From a virus: a stretch of 64,000 nucleotides of DNA. Positions 7,235-17,531 of this stretch are shown here, in pieces. The stretch spans positions 1-64,000 of the IMG/VR virus record IMGVR_UViG_3300035126_000631. The stretch is one strand, 5' to 3'. How positions within the stretch are numbered: position 1 is the first letter of the stretch; the number at the start of each line of letters is the position of its first letter. A model generated the notes under the pieces. That model made no database searches. It worked only from the letters and a program-made list of their open reading frames with translations, and was not told where the DNA came from. The translations under genes and the position numbers were made by a program.

Positions 7235-10072
7235 ATGATCGCCGACACGGAGCGTCTCATCGACGGCTTCCGCGGCCTTCCTGCGGGGATGGACGGCTCC
7301 AAGGAGCCGCCCCAGACGCCAAGCGAAGCCGCTTGGTATGCCACGAACGTCACCTTCCGTGGCGGCAACGGCCCGCGCACCCGTCCTGGGTTTCGTGAGA
7401 TCTCGCCGGATTACTGGCGCAATCCGCAGCCGCCGAGGACGAGTTCCTCGATTTCTGGCAGCGGCTCACTCGCTACCGTCACGACCACGGCGAACCACGG
7501 CTACGATGACAGCGACGTGGTGACGATCTCGGGAGCTTCGCCTTCCGGATTCAACGGCACTTACCGGATCACCAAAACCGGAGCGACGACTTTTACTTAC
7601 GCCAATGCGACGAGCGGAACGGCAACCACGCAAGGCGCGATCATCCGCGACATCGACTCGACTTACGGCGAGGATTTCTACAACTCAGCGACCAGCCGGA
7701 CGCGCTACGCCAACGATATCCAGTCCGGCACCTTCTTGCAAGGGACGCTGGTCTACCAAGATCCCCGCGAGGGAAACCCGACCGAGTTGATCGTTGTTGT
7801 CGACGGCAAGATCATGGCGCTGGATTTCGAAGCACGTTCCGTGATGCGTGTAAATCTGAGCGATGAAATGGATACCACGCTTCCCGTCTTTATGGTCCAA
7901 GCGGAGAAGTATGTCATCATCCAAAATGGGTTTGATGAACCCCGGGTCTTTGATGGTTACGTCTGCCGCCGGGCCAGCTACTACGGGAGCCAAGCGGTGC
8001 CGATCGGCAAGCAGATGGCTTATGGTCAAGGGCGGCTCTTTGTTGCGGTCAATGAAGGATCAGAGATTATCGCGGGTGACTTGGTCTTCAGTGGATCTTT
8101 GACTGAAGCAAAAATCGTCAGTGCTTCGGCTGCAAATCCTTCCGTAATCACCACGGCAACTCCACATGGATTGTCTAACGGAGACCTCGTTTCAATTTCT
8201 GGGAATAGTTCGGTCATTGACTCGACTTATGTCGCGACGGTTACTGCGGCGACGACATTCACGATCCCTGTCACACTTTCCACGGCAGGCACGGGCGGGT
8301 CCACATCTAGATTCAACGCAGGCCAAGACAGCGATCTTTTGCGTTTTACTGAAAACACTTTTCTTAATGAAGGTGGAGCGTTGGCCCCGAGCGGGAAGGT
8401 GGGTCGGGTCAAAGCCTTGGCCTTCCTTCCGGTGCAAGACACGGCTACGGGGCAGGGGGATCTCATCGCGTTCTGTGAACGTGGCGCGGTGACCCTCGCG
8501 GTGTCCGCTCCGCGAGAGAAATGGAAAGATACCGAAGGCTTTCAGCGTGTGCTGTTCGACAACATCGGCACGACAAGCGAGAGCATCCTGTCGGTCAATG
8601 GCGATCTGTTCTTCCGCTCCCTGGAAGGCAACGGCATCCGCAATTACCGCAATGCTCGCGCCGAGGCGACGGGCTACGGGCAGACCCCGATCTCTGCGGA
8701 GATTGATCCCATTCTGAAACAGGATACTTCGTGGATGCTCGACAATGTGAGCTTCGCCCAGTTCGACGGGCGGCTCTTGATGACTTGCTTACCGCAGCGT
8801 TTTCCGCGTCGGGCAGCGAACCAGACTGAGGCTGACACCTACGCAGCACAGCCTATCCCGACGATTTTCAACGGCGTTGCCGTGCTCGATTTCCAATCAA
8901 CCTCGGCAGGGCGCGGAAAATCCGCGGCGGTTTTCGACGGTGTCTGGACGGGGCTTCGCATTGTGAAACTTATCCAAGGCACCTTCGATGGCGACCCGCA
9001 GTGCTATGCGTGGTGCTTCCATGAAGATGATACGGGTCGGCGCATCGAGCTTTGGCAGGTGACGAAGGACGATGAATACGACACGCCGGTCGAAGGACCG
9101 CGGGTCATCCACTCGGGCATCGTGACGCGGGCAATGAACTTCAAGGACGACATGGGCCTGAAAAAGCTGATCCGCTGTGACTTGTGGTTCGATGATATCG
9201 GTGGCGGGCCGGACAACGAGTTCAACTGCTCGCTGGCTTATCGGCCCGACGACTACCCGAACTTTACGACGTGGCAGAGTTTCGAGCGCAACTTCAAGAC
9301 GGAGTTCCTCTTGGAGAGTAAGAACCTTCTCTCTTGGTCTGAGAAGATCGACGATGTGACGTGGGTCAAAAGTAACGTCACGACACTATCCGACACCGCT
9401 CTCGATCCACTCGGGCTTCAGACGTTGACCGCCGACAGTCTGATTGAGACGACATCCACTAGTGTCCACAGCACTTACCGGACCAGCCCGACTTTGCAGT
9501 CGCTTACCAGCTACACGTTCTCCGTGTATCTGAAGCCGTCGGGACGCACCCGCATCTATCTGCAATTCCCCACCACCGGAGCAGCGTTCTCCGCCTCCAG
9601 AACAGCGCACTTTTTGCTAGAAGGCAGTGGAGCCATTACCTCCGTTACCGCCACGGCGACCGCCACGATTACACCCCTCGCCGATGGCTGGTATCGCTGC
9701 TCCATGACTTCGGAGACGACGGGCGCTGGAACGGTCCGGACGTTGATCGGTCTCGTCGCTTCCGGAACGACGACAAGCTATGCGGGCGACGGGATGTCCG
9801 GCGTTCTCGTCTGGGGTGCCCAGTTGGAGGCTAATACCTCGGCCACATCTTACGATCCTGACCCGCCGCAGCTTCTCAACTACGAGCGGGGCTACGCTCC
9901 CCAGGTTCGCTTTCCGGCTCCTCCCAGAACGGCGAATCTGGCCACGGACGTTCCGGCTTACTTGGGTTATGATTTCACCTTGCGGGTCAACTGGTCGGGC
10001 CGTGCCCGGCTCGGCCGGCTCATGCTGCACGGAAACCGGCTCACCGAAGCCGTCAACGGAGGAACCCTCTAA
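7235..10072 (+). CDS. tail nozzle/stabilisation protein (tail tubular B-like) with inserted beta-rich modules
   Basis: 945 aa, beta-propeller-like composition (GRLFVA, GDLFFRS, TPISAEI), in the standard podovirus position after the capsid gene. Confidence 0.65.
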   Translation: MIADTERLIDGFRGLPAGMDGSKEPPQTPSEAAWYATNVTFRGGNGPRTRPGFREISPDYWRNPQPPRTSSSISGSGSLATVTTTANHGYDDSDVVTISGASPSGFNGTYRITKTGATTFTYANATSGTATTQGAIIRDIDSTYGEDFYNSATSRTRYANDIQSGTFLQGTLVYQDPREGNPTELIVVVDGKIMALDFEARSVMRVNLSDEMDTTLPVFMVQAEKYVIIQNGFDEPRVFDGYVCRRASYYGSQAVPIGKQMAYGQGRLFVAVNEGSEIIAGDLVFSGSLTEAKIVSASAANPSVITTATPHGLSNGDLVSISGNSSVIDSTYVATVTAATTFTIPVTLSTAGTGGSTSRFNAGQDSDLLRFTENTFLNEGGALAPSGKVGRVKALAFLPVQDTATGQGDLIAFCERGAVTLAVSAPREKWKDTEGFQRVLFDNIGTTSESILSVNGDLFFRSLEGNGIRNYRNARAEATGYGQTPISAEIDPILKQDTSWMLDNVSFAQFDGRLLMTCLPQRFPRRAANQTEADTYAAQPIPTIFNGVAVLDFQSTSAGRGKSAAVFDGVWTGLRIVKLIQGTFDGDPQCYAWCFHEDDTGRRIELWQVTKDDEYDTPVEGPRVIHSGIVTRAMNFKDDMGLKKLIRCDLWFDDIGGGPDNEFNCSLAYRPDDYPNFTTWQSFERNFKTEFLLESKNLLSWSEKIDDVTWVKSNVTTLSDTALDPLGLQTLTADSLIETTSTSVHSTYRTSPTLQSLTSYTFSVYLKPSGRTRIYLQFPTTGAAFSASRTAHFLLEGSGAITSVTATATATITPLADGWYRCSMTSETTGAGTVRTLIGLVASGTTTSYAGDGMSGVLVWGAQLEANTSATSYDPDPPQLLNYERGYAPQVRFPAPPRTANLATDVPAYLGYDFTLRVNWSGRARLGRLMLHGNRLTEAVNGGTL

Positions 10073-10230
10073 TGGCCGAAGTCAAAGAACTCTTCAGTTT
10101 GGATGATTCACTGACCACGGTTCAGGATTCATGGAGCAGTTTACCCGCCGGGCTCACACTGCTCATTGAAGATTCTCCGACTGAGTATACCTTACTGATC
10201 GACGACACCTTTTCTCTTTTGATCGAATAA
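10072..10230 (+). CDS. small acidic protein (52 aa, not in the ORF track)
   Basis: TAATG coupling to the nozzle gene; repeated LLIE/LLID. Confidence 0.45.
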   Translation: MAEVKELFSLDDSLTTVQDSWSSLPAGLTLLIEDSPTEYTLLIDDTFSLLIE

Positions 10231-10243
10231 TAACCCCGCAACC

Positions 10244-11932
10244 ATGCCATACACCGCGAATAAGAAGATCGCAGGGCTAGACCCAGCAACGACGCCCTTG
10301 GCTGCGGCCAACGAGGTTCCGCTGAACCAAGCTGGGACGACAGTGCGGGCTTCCCTGACCGCGATCGAGGCCAAGGTGTTTGATGCCAAGACGGCCCTGA
10401 CTCCAGTGGCAGGGGAGACGGCAGTGGCCGTTGTCCGCCAGACGGACGGGTCGCTGCGTCAAGTGGCGCTGAACGACATCGTCCCGCCGCTGAATATTAC
10501 CGACGCCAAAGTTGCGGCCGGAGCAGCCATCGTCGACACCAAGCTCGCCACCATTGCAACGGCTAACAAGGTCGCCAACTCTGCGACTACGGCCACCAGT
10601 GCGAATACCGCCAATGCCATTGTGGCCCGAGATGCCAGCGGTAACTTCGCGGCTGGCACGATCACGGCAACTCTTTCCGGGAGCGTCGTCGGTAACGTCA
10701 CCGGCAACGTGTCGGGAACTTCGGGATCCACCACCGGAAACGCAGCCACCGCGACCACCCTTCAGACGGCACGGACGATTGCGATCAGCGGCGATGTCAC
10801 CGGAACGGCGACTTCCTTCAATGGTTCGGCCAACATCGCCATTGCTGCGGCGATTACGGCTGACACCATCGTCAATGCCGATGTGAACAGCGCGGCGGCG
10901 ATTGCGGGAACGAAGATCACTCCGGCCTTCGGGTCGCAAAATATCAGCACGACGGGGACGTTGGCGGCGGGCGCGACGACCGTTACTGGAACGTGTGCGG
11001 CCACCGCTTTCAGCGGACCGTTGACGGGCAATGCCTCAACGGCCACGACACTAGCTACCGCAAGAAATCTTTCGCTGACTGGCGATGTCACCGCGACACT
11101 CTCAAGTTTCAACGGGTCGGCCAACGTCTCGGCGGCGGCAACCTTGGCTAATAGCGGTGTCGCTGCCGGAACCTACAACGACAACGCGGCCCAAGTGCGT
11201 CCGTTCACTGTTGACGCCAAGGGTCGAGTTACAGCAGTCGGAACCGCCGTTCCCATTGCCGTCGACTATTCCGCCGTCACCGGGATGCCTTACAAAGACG
11301 CGGCGCGGCTGGCGACCACGGCCAACCTGACCGCGACTTATGCCAACGGCACTTCCGGTGTCGGAGCGACCCTGACCAACAACGGAACCATTGGCGCACT
11401 GTCTATCGACGGCGTGGCCGTTGCGACGAATGACCGCATTCTGGTCAAAGATCAGACCAGTGCCGCACACAACGGAATCTACAGCGTGACCAATACCGGA
11501 ACTGTATCGGCTGCATGGGTGCTGACCCGTGTCACCGATGCCGATACCAATGGCGAACTCGGCTCGGCGGTGGTCACCGTGACCTCCGGAACGGCCAATG
11601 GCGGTCGCGTCTACATGACTTTCTTCAAGGCGACGGACACAGTCGGAACCACCGTGATGCCTTGGTATCTCGTCCTGACCGGAGGCCCGAGCATCATCAC
11701 CACCTCGATGTTGAACGATGGTGCCGTGACCGAAGCCAAGATCGATCCAAATGCCAAAATCCGTGGCGCTACCGGAGGCGGCACAGATCGTGTATTTTAT
11801 GAGAACGACCAAACGGTCGATACGAATTACACAATAAGCACTAACAAAAACGCCATGTCAGCCGGCCCGATTACGGTCGCCAACGGAATCACAGTCACCG
11901 TGCCCAATGGCTCAACCTGGACTGTCGTCTAA
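10244..11932 (+). CDS. tail fibre protein
   Basis: A/T/G-rich; duplicated ATTL.TAR...L.GDVT...SFNGSAN repeat; DRILVKDQT...HNGIY domain; C-terminal FYEND...NAMSAGPIT...WTVV. Confidence 0.85.
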   Translation: MPYTANKKIAGLDPATTPLAAANEVPLNQAGTTVRASLTAIEAKVFDAKTALTPVAGETAVAVVRQTDGSLRQVALNDIVPPLNITDAKVAAGAAIVDTKLATIATANKVANSATTATSANTANAIVARDASGNFAAGTITATLSGSVVGNVTGNVSGTSGSTTGNAATATTLQTARTIAISGDVTGTATSFNGSANIAIAAAITADTIVNADVNSAAAIAGTKITPAFGSQNISTTGTLAAGATTVTGTCAATAFSGPLTGNASTATTLATARNLSLTGDVTATLSSFNGSANVSAAATLANSGVAAGTYNDNAAQVRPFTVDAKGRVTAVGTAVPIAVDYSAVTGMPYKDAARLATTANLTATYANGTSGVGATLTNNGTIGALSIDGVAVATNDRILVKDQTSAAHNGIYSVTNTGTVSAAWVLTRVTDADTNGELGSAVVTVTSGTANGGRVYMTFFKATDTVGTTVMPWYLVLTGGPSIITTSMLNDGAVTEAKIDPNAKIRGATGGGTDRVFYENDQTVDTNYTISTNKNAMSAGPITVANGITVTVPNGSTWTVV

Positions 11933-11937
11933 GAATT

Positions 11938-12513
11938 ATGCCGATCACCATCAACGGAACAGGAACAGTCGCCGGAATCACCGCAGGGGGATTGCCGGAT
12001 GGGTGTGTGACTACAAGTGAGATCGCCGATGGTGCTGTTGTTAATTCTAAGGTTGCCGATGGTGCCGTTGTTCAGGTTGTCTCGTCTACAGTGGCGACCG
12101 TATTGAGTATCAGCGCACCTATTCCTTCTGACGACACCATTCCGCAAAGCACAGAAGGCTGGGAATTGCTGACGGCAACGATCACGCCGAATAGCAGCAC
12201 CAACAAAATACTTGTTCAGTTCAGCGGGTTCTGCGCATCGCCAAACACTGGCTTTGCAGCAAGCCACGTTTTGTTCCGTGGATCTACCGCAATCAACGTA
12301 ATGGCCACAACTCACTCAGTAGCCAATGCCTTTACGCCGGTCTTCATTCAGCACCTAGATTCTCCGGCCAGCGGTTCAGCGATAACTTATTCTGTCCGTG
12401 TTGGCCCAAGTGTTGGAACCGTAAATTTTGCATACAACAGCAACGGCGGAACACGCCGCTACGGCGGACAAGCATCTGCTGTGCTGACGCTGACCGAAAT
12501 CAAAGACAGCTAA
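11938..12513 (+). CDS. distal fibre subunit
   Basis: MPITINGTG start, VVQVV motif, LTLTEI end. Confidence 0.65.
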   Translation: MPITINGTGTVAGITAGGLPDGCVTTSEIADGAVVNSKVADGAVVQVVSSTVATVLSISAPIPSDDTIPQSTEGWELLTATITPNSSTNKILVQFSGFCASPNTGFAASHVLFRGSTAINVMATTHSVANAFTPVFIQHLDSPASGSAITYSVRVGPSVGTVNFAYNSNGGTRRYGGQASAVLTLTEIKDS

Positions 12514-12522
12514 CCATCTACT

Positions 12523-13053
12523 ATGGCCATCTCATTAGAAGCAGATCCAACACTCGCCCAAGGCTACATCAAGGTCAACGGGACGACCGCGGCGACCTTG
12601 GACGCGACGGGTATTACCACCGGAGGCGTCCCTGCTGGTGCGGTGATGGCATTCGCCATGAACAGCGCACCGACAGGATGGCTGGCGGCAGATGGCACCG
12701 CAGTTTCTCGTTCCACCTATGCAAGGCTCTTTGCTGCTGTCGGAACGACCCACGGAGTTGGCAACGGTAGCACGACTTTCAATGTGCCCGACCTGCGCGG
12801 CTACTTCGTGCGAGGCAGCGGAACCAACGGCGACGGCACGGCGGCGGGGACGTTTGGTGCAAAGCAGGCCGACGAATTGAAAAGCCATGCACATGATATC
12901 AATAATTTTTCAAGCACGGGCAACTTTGGAACTACAGGAACGCAATTTGGCCCAGTCCGATATGGGCCTACGGCAACAGGCGCGGCACTGGCCACCGGCG
13001 GCACCGAAACCCGCCCGAAGAACATCGCCATGCTGTATTGCATCAAATTCTAA
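12523..13053 (+). CDS. tail collar domain fibre protein
   Basis: PAGAVMAFA..APTGWL..DG..VSR.TY..LFA...FNVPDLRG.F.RG...ETRPKNIAMLYCIK. Confidence 0.9.
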   Translation: MAISLEADPTLAQGYIKVNGTTAATLDATGITTGGVPAGAVMAFAMNSAPTGWLAADGTAVSRSTYARLFAAVGTTHGVGNGSTTFNVPDLRGYFVRGSGTNGDGTAAGTFGAKQADELKSHAHDINNFSSTGNFGTTGTQFGPVRYGPTATGAALATGGTETRPKNIAMLYCIKF

Positions 13054-13055
13054 CC

Positions 13056-13502
13056 ATGCCAACCTCCATCACATCCTCCGGCATCACGTTCGACGACGCC
13101 ACGACGCAGACGACTTCGGCCACTAAGGCACTTGGCATTGGAACCGCGCAGCTTGCTAACGATGCAGTCACCGCTGCGAAGCTGGCCCCTAAAGTTACTT
13201 TTCCAAACTATGCGGCTGGAGTCGCGAGAGCATACAACACCGTCTATCAAGCGGCAGACGATGGATATTTGTGCGTTATTGTGTCGGGTAATTTTATCAA
13301 CGGTATACAGATCTCCGTGGGCACGACAAGCAACCCTGATACGTGGGTCTGGCATTCGGGAGACGACATCAACAACAACACCAAACGCGCAGGTTCAGGA
13401 ATGATTCCTATACCAAAAGACATTTATTACGAGGTTACTCCAATTTCGGGGGTAGCCGCTTTTGAGAACATTACAATCACTTGGTATCCGGTCATTACCT
13501 AA
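13056..13502 (+). CDS. distal fibre subunit
   Basis: MPTSITSSGITFDDATTQTTSA start and LANDAVTAAKL repeat. Confidence 0.6.
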   Translation: MPTSITSSGITFDDATTQTTSATKALGIGTAQLANDAVTAAKLAPKVTFPNYAAGVARAYNTVYQAADDGYLCVIVSGNFINGIQISVGTTSNPDTWVWHSGDDINNNTKRAGSGMIPIPKDIYYEVTPISGVAAFENITITWYPVIT

Positions 13503-13507
13503 CAATT

Positions 13508-13930
13508 ATGGCACTAATCCCAGGAACACTCCCCACCGGAACCAAGTATCCCAACGACCCGCAGTCGTTGCTCGATACCTTTGCGTCCTACCTCACGGCA
13601 CCTGAAGCCAAGAAGAATCGTGCCATTGTTACTCTTCCCGCGCCGCCCGCAGCGGGTGGCACGCTGAGTGCAGGGTCGAGCGGGATTGATGAGACTGTGG
13701 TGCTCAACAACACGACGACCTACGCGACTTTCACATTCACCTTCCCGAGCACGAACAATAGTGTGGTCGGACAGATTCTCCGGTTTTTCACACGCAGCAT
13801 TGTCACGACCCTGACCGTCACGCTGAACGGCAATACCGTGCTGGGTGCGGCTTTGCCGGCTGGAACGACGGCTGGTCAATCCTTTGCGTGGCAAAAGATC
13901 GACGGGACGAATTGGATCCGACTGCAATAA
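13508..13930 (+). CDS. tail-associated protein
   Basis: Beta-rich C-terminal domain ending WIRLQ, in the structural operon. Confidence 0.55.
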   Translation: MALIPGTLPTGTKYPNDPQSLLDTFASYLTAPEAKKNRAIVTLPAPPAAGGTLSAGSSGIDETVVLNNTTTYATFTFTFPSTNNSVVGQILRFFTRSIVTTLTVTLNGNTVLGAALPAGTTAGQSFAWQKIDGTNWIRLQ

Positions 13931-16900
13931 ATGGCGACTTACCTCGAAGCACGTAATCTGCTGGCACCCTACGTCGATAATGGCGTGGCGGTGACCGATA
14001 CGACGCGCATCGACCAACGGATCAACGAGGCCCAGCGCCGTTTGATCGATCACTACAATTTCCTCTCCCGCCGCGAGGAGTTGGAGAAGTCGCCGCTCGT
14101 CTGGCAATCGGGTGGCACGACCGGCGTGCCGACCACGGGCGACCTCATCCTCGACAACCTCGATGCGACCAAGACGATGATCTTGTCGCTCTGGCGCGAG
14201 GAGAACAACCAGTTGGAACTGGCCACCGCGCTGGAGACCAAGGCCAATTCCTACATCGAGCGCAACTTGATGAATGAAGTCGAGCGGGCGCGTCGGACGA
14301 CCTTTCAATCACTGGCCACCTCAAACGGGCAGAACACCTTCGGCGGTATGACCGGACGGATCGGTCTGGAGACGCTCGTCCAATATCGGCTCCCAGAAAG
14401 TCGGCTCAAGAGTTACATCAACCAGGCTTACCAGCAGGCGGTCGATCACTACAATTTTGTCAGCCGCCGCGAAGACAAGGCCAAGACCAGCCTGACCTTT
14501 GCCGCGCTGACTTCGGATGCCGCGCAATTCGACTCCCTGCTTCCAGTCGAAGTAGTCCGGCTTCTTGCGCTTTCCATCATTGCCGCAGACAACGGGGCGG
14601 ATGGTGCGGGGCTCAAGACACAAGCCTTGGAATTGATCGACCGCAATGTGACGGCCGACGTGGAGCGGACTCGGCGCGGACAGTCCGGTGAGGAAGGTCG
14701 TCTGCACAATGAGCTTCCGGACGGGGTAAAAATCCCGACAGCGCGGATGACGCAGTATCTCTCTCAAGCAGCTTCGGATGCTTCGCTGCACTACGACTTC
14801 TTGGCCCGGCGCGAGGACTACTCGACAGGGATCAAACCAAATCCATTCACCTTCGAAGTTCGCAAGAAACTAGTCGAATCCTACATTGCCACGGCCAATG
14901 CCGCCGCCGAGGTCGCCGCTTCGCTCAAGCAGGAAGCCTTTGCCCTGATCGAGCGTGACTTGATGGATGATGTCGAAACGGTGCGTCGTGCCGCAGGCGG
15001 CACGGAAGGTCAGCTTCACAATGAATTGCCGGAAGGGGTAAAGATCCCGACGGCACGTCTGACCACGTATCTCGCTCAGGCCCAGACCGAAGCCTCGGCC
15101 CATTACTCTTTCCTTTCCCGCCGTGAGGACTATGCGGGCGGCACGACACCGAGTCCTTTCCCCTACGAAGTCCGCAAAAAGTTGGTTGAGTCTTACTTGG
15201 CCACGACCAGCGCGGCGGTCGACGCGGCATCGGCTTTGAAACAAGAAGCCTTGGCCTTGGTCGAGCGCAACCTGATGCAGGAAATCGAAGCGGCCCGCCG
15301 AGTGGTTGGCGGCGAGGCGGGACGGCTGCATAACGAATTGCCGGAGGGCGTGAAGATTCCAACCTCGCGGATGAACGAGTATCTGACTCAGTCGGCCACG
15401 GATGCCGGAGCGCATTGGGATTTCTTGGCCCGACGTGAGGACTATTCCAGCGGCACCAAGCCGAACCCTTTCCCTTTTGAGATCCGTGAGAAATTAGTCG
15501 AGTCATACATCGCGACGGCGACGGCGGCTCCGGATGTGGCGGCATCCCTCAAGCAGGAGGCGTTTGCCGTCATCGAGCGCGACCTCATGGCCCAAGTCGA
15601 AGCGGCTCGCCGTGCGGAAGCAGGGGAAGAGGGTAAGCTGCACAACGAATTGCCGGAGGGTGTGAAAATCTCCACAGCGCGGATGACAACTTACTTGGCC
15701 CAAGCGGCGACTGAAGCCGGAGCGCACTGGGATTTCTTGGCCCGCCGGGAAGATTACTCCAGTGGGACCAAGCCGAATCCTTTCTCCTACGAAGTCCGCA
15801 AGTCCTTGGTCGAAAGCTATGTCGCCGGGGCAACGGGTGCAGTGGAAGTGGCCACAGCGAAAAAGCAGGAAGCCTTGGCCGTCATCGAGCGCGACCTCAT
15901 GGCGCAAGTCGAAGCCGCTCGCCGAGCCGCCGCAGGGGAAGAGGGTCGTCTGCACAACGAACTGACCAATGGCGTGGCCATCTCGACCGCCCGCCTGACG
16001 CAGCACTTGGCCCAAGCCGCGCTCGACGCCTCGGCCCATTACGACTTTCTTGCCCGCCGCGAAGATTACTTCGGCGGCACCAAGCCGAATCCTTTCCCGT
16101 TTGAGGTCCGCAAGAAGCTGGTCGAATCCTATGTCGCGGCGACCAATGCCGCTCCCGACGTGGCGGCGGCACTCAAGACCGAGGCTCAAGCGGTGATCGA
16201 GCGCGACCTCATGTTTGAGATTGAAGCAACCCGTCGCGGCGAAGCAGGGGAAGAAGGCCGTCTGCACAACGAGCTTCCGGAAGGGGTGAAAGTTTCCACC
16301 TCCCGCCTGACAACCTATCTCGGCCAAGCCGCCACGGAGGCTGGCACTCACTGGGACTTCTTGGCCCGTCGTGAGGATTATTCCAGTGGAACCAAACCCA
16401 ATCCCTTTACCTATGAAGTGCGGAAAAAATACGTGGAGTCCTATCTCGCGACCTCAACTGGTGCGATCGAAGCAGCGTCGGCCCTCAAAGCCGAAGCGCA
16501 AGCGTTGATCGAGCGCGACCTGATGACCCAGGTCGAGGCGGCGCGTCGAGCGGCAGCGGGTGATGAAGGCAATTTGCACAACGAACTGCCCGACGGCGTC
16601 ACCATCCCGACGGGGCGTCTGACAACCTACCTTGGCCAAGCCTCGACGGAAATCGGAACGCACCAAGCCTTTGTCCAGCGCCGTGAGGAATACAACGGCA
16701 CCGTCCCCGCGCCGACTTACGAACAGAAGAAATTGCTCGTCGAGGCATACCTCGCCACTTCGAAGGGGCAGTCGGACGTGGCCGCAGCCTTGAAGCAGCA
16801 AGCGGTCGCCTTGGTCGAGCGTGATGTGATGACCGAGATCGAAGGCACGCGCCGGGCAACTCGTGAAGCGTTGCTTGCTTCAGCCAATGACACCTTCGGC

Positions 16901-17521
16901 TACCACTGGGGCCGGATCGGTCTGGAACTTCCCGAGGCTTACAAGCTCTCGGACTCGGCGATCAAACGCATGGTCAATGCGGCCGAAGAGCAGTTGATGC
17001 TGGCCGGTAAGTGGGTCGGCACAGTGGCCGAGTATACCCTTTCGGTGAACGCCACGGGCGAGTTCTTCCTACCGGCCGAGGTGGAGACGATTCTTTTCAT
17101 GTCTTTCGACGGAGATCCCAAGCCGGTCCACGATCGACTCAACGAGTGGATCAAGGGCGGCACGGGCTACCGGGAGGCCGATGACAAGTGGCGGGAAGGG
17201 GCGGTCGATCGCGGTGAGTCGATTGATCCGGCCGACAACGTCCTCAAGCGCAAATACTGGATTACCCTACCGACGACGGTTCCGGTCGTTCGTATCCTAG
17301 CCAAACGCCGCTTCGTGCCGCATACGAGCGACTCGGAGAAAATGTATCTCCGCAACTACCAAGCGGTCTACGAGGCGACCAAGGGGATCCTCCTCGGGGG
17401 CGAGCAAATCACCCCGCATATCGACAAGGCCAAGGAGATGCTTTCCGGCCAGATCGCCCAACAGAACTTCACAGGGAACCGCGGAGCCGCCCACACCCGT
17501 CGCGTTCTCATGTTTCGGTGA
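13931..17521 (+). CDS. head-tail adaptor/tail tubular A-like protein with an internal tandem-repeat expansion
   Basis: N-terminal INEAQRRL and C-terminal VNAAEEQL..GKW.GT....LP.EVETIL adaptor-like segments, with 104-aa repeats between them. Confidence 0.55.
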   Translation: MATYLEARNLLAPYVDNGVAVTDTTRIDQRINEAQRRLIDHYNFLSRREELEKSPLVWQSGGTTGVPTTGDLILDNLDATKTMILSLWREENNQLELATALETKANSYIERNLMNEVERARRTTFQSLATSNGQNTFGGMTGRIGLETLVQYRLPESRLKSYINQAYQQAVDHYNFVSRREDKAKTSLTFAALTSDAAQFDSLLPVEVVRLLALSIIAADNGADGAGLKTQALELIDRNVTADVERTRRGQSGEEGRLHNELPDGVKIPTARMTQYLSQAASDASLHYDFLARREDYSTGIKPNPFTFEVRKKLVESYIATANAAAEVAASLKQEAFALIERDLMDDVETVRRAAGGTEGQLHNELPEGVKIPTARLTTYLAQAQTEASAHYSFLSRREDYAGGTTPSPFPYEVRKKLVESYLATTSAAVDAASALKQEALALVERNLMQEIEAARRVVGGEAGRLHNELPEGVKIPTSRMNEYLTQSATDAGAHWDFLARREDYSSGTKPNPFPFEIREKLVESYIATATAAPDVAASLKQEAFAVIERDLMAQVEAARRAEAGEEGKLHNELPEGVKISTARMTTYLAQAATEAGAHWDFLARREDYSSGTKPNPFSYEVRKSLVESYVAGATGAVEVATAKKQEALAVIERDLMAQVEAARRAAAGEEGRLHNELTNGVAISTARLTQHLAQAALDASAHYDFLARREDYFGGTKPNPFPFEVRKKLVESYVAATNAAPDVAAALKTEAQAVIERDLMFEIEATRRGEAGEEGRLHNELPEGVKVSTSRLTTYLGQAATEAGTHWDFLARREDYSSGTKPNPFTYEVRKKYVESYLATSTGAIEAASALKAEAQALIERDLMTQVEAARRAAAGDEGNLHNELPDGVTIPTGRLTTYLGQASTEIGTHQAFVQRREEYNGTVPAPTYEQKKLLVEAYLATSKGQSDVAAALKQQAVALVERDVMTEIEGTRRATREALLASANDTFGYHWGRIGLELPEAYKLSDSAIKRMVNAAEEQLMLAGKWVGTVAEYTLSVNATGEFFLPAEVETILFMSFDGDPKPVHDRLNEWIKGGTGYREADDKWREGAVDRGESIDPADNVLKRKYWITLPTTVPVVRILAKRRFVPHTSDSEKMYLRNYQAVYEATKGILLGGEQITPHIDKAKEMLSGQIAQQNFTGNRGAAHTRRVLMFR
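14696..16870 (+). repeat. 7 intragenic tandem repeats with an exact 312-bp (104-aa) period
   Basis: The His codon of LHNEL falls at 14705, 15017, 15329, 15641, 15953, 16265 and 16577. Confidence 0.95.
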
Positions 17522-17531
17522 TATAATAACT

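Noticed and set aside
1-13930. Diversity-generating retroelement or invertible fibre cassette
   Set aside because: No reverse transcriptase, no adenine-specific TR/VR pair and no serine invertase seen in the window.
13931-17521. 312-bp repeats as a CRISPR array or assembly artefact
   Set aside because: The repeats are in-frame coding units with many synonymous differences and no repeat-spacer pattern.
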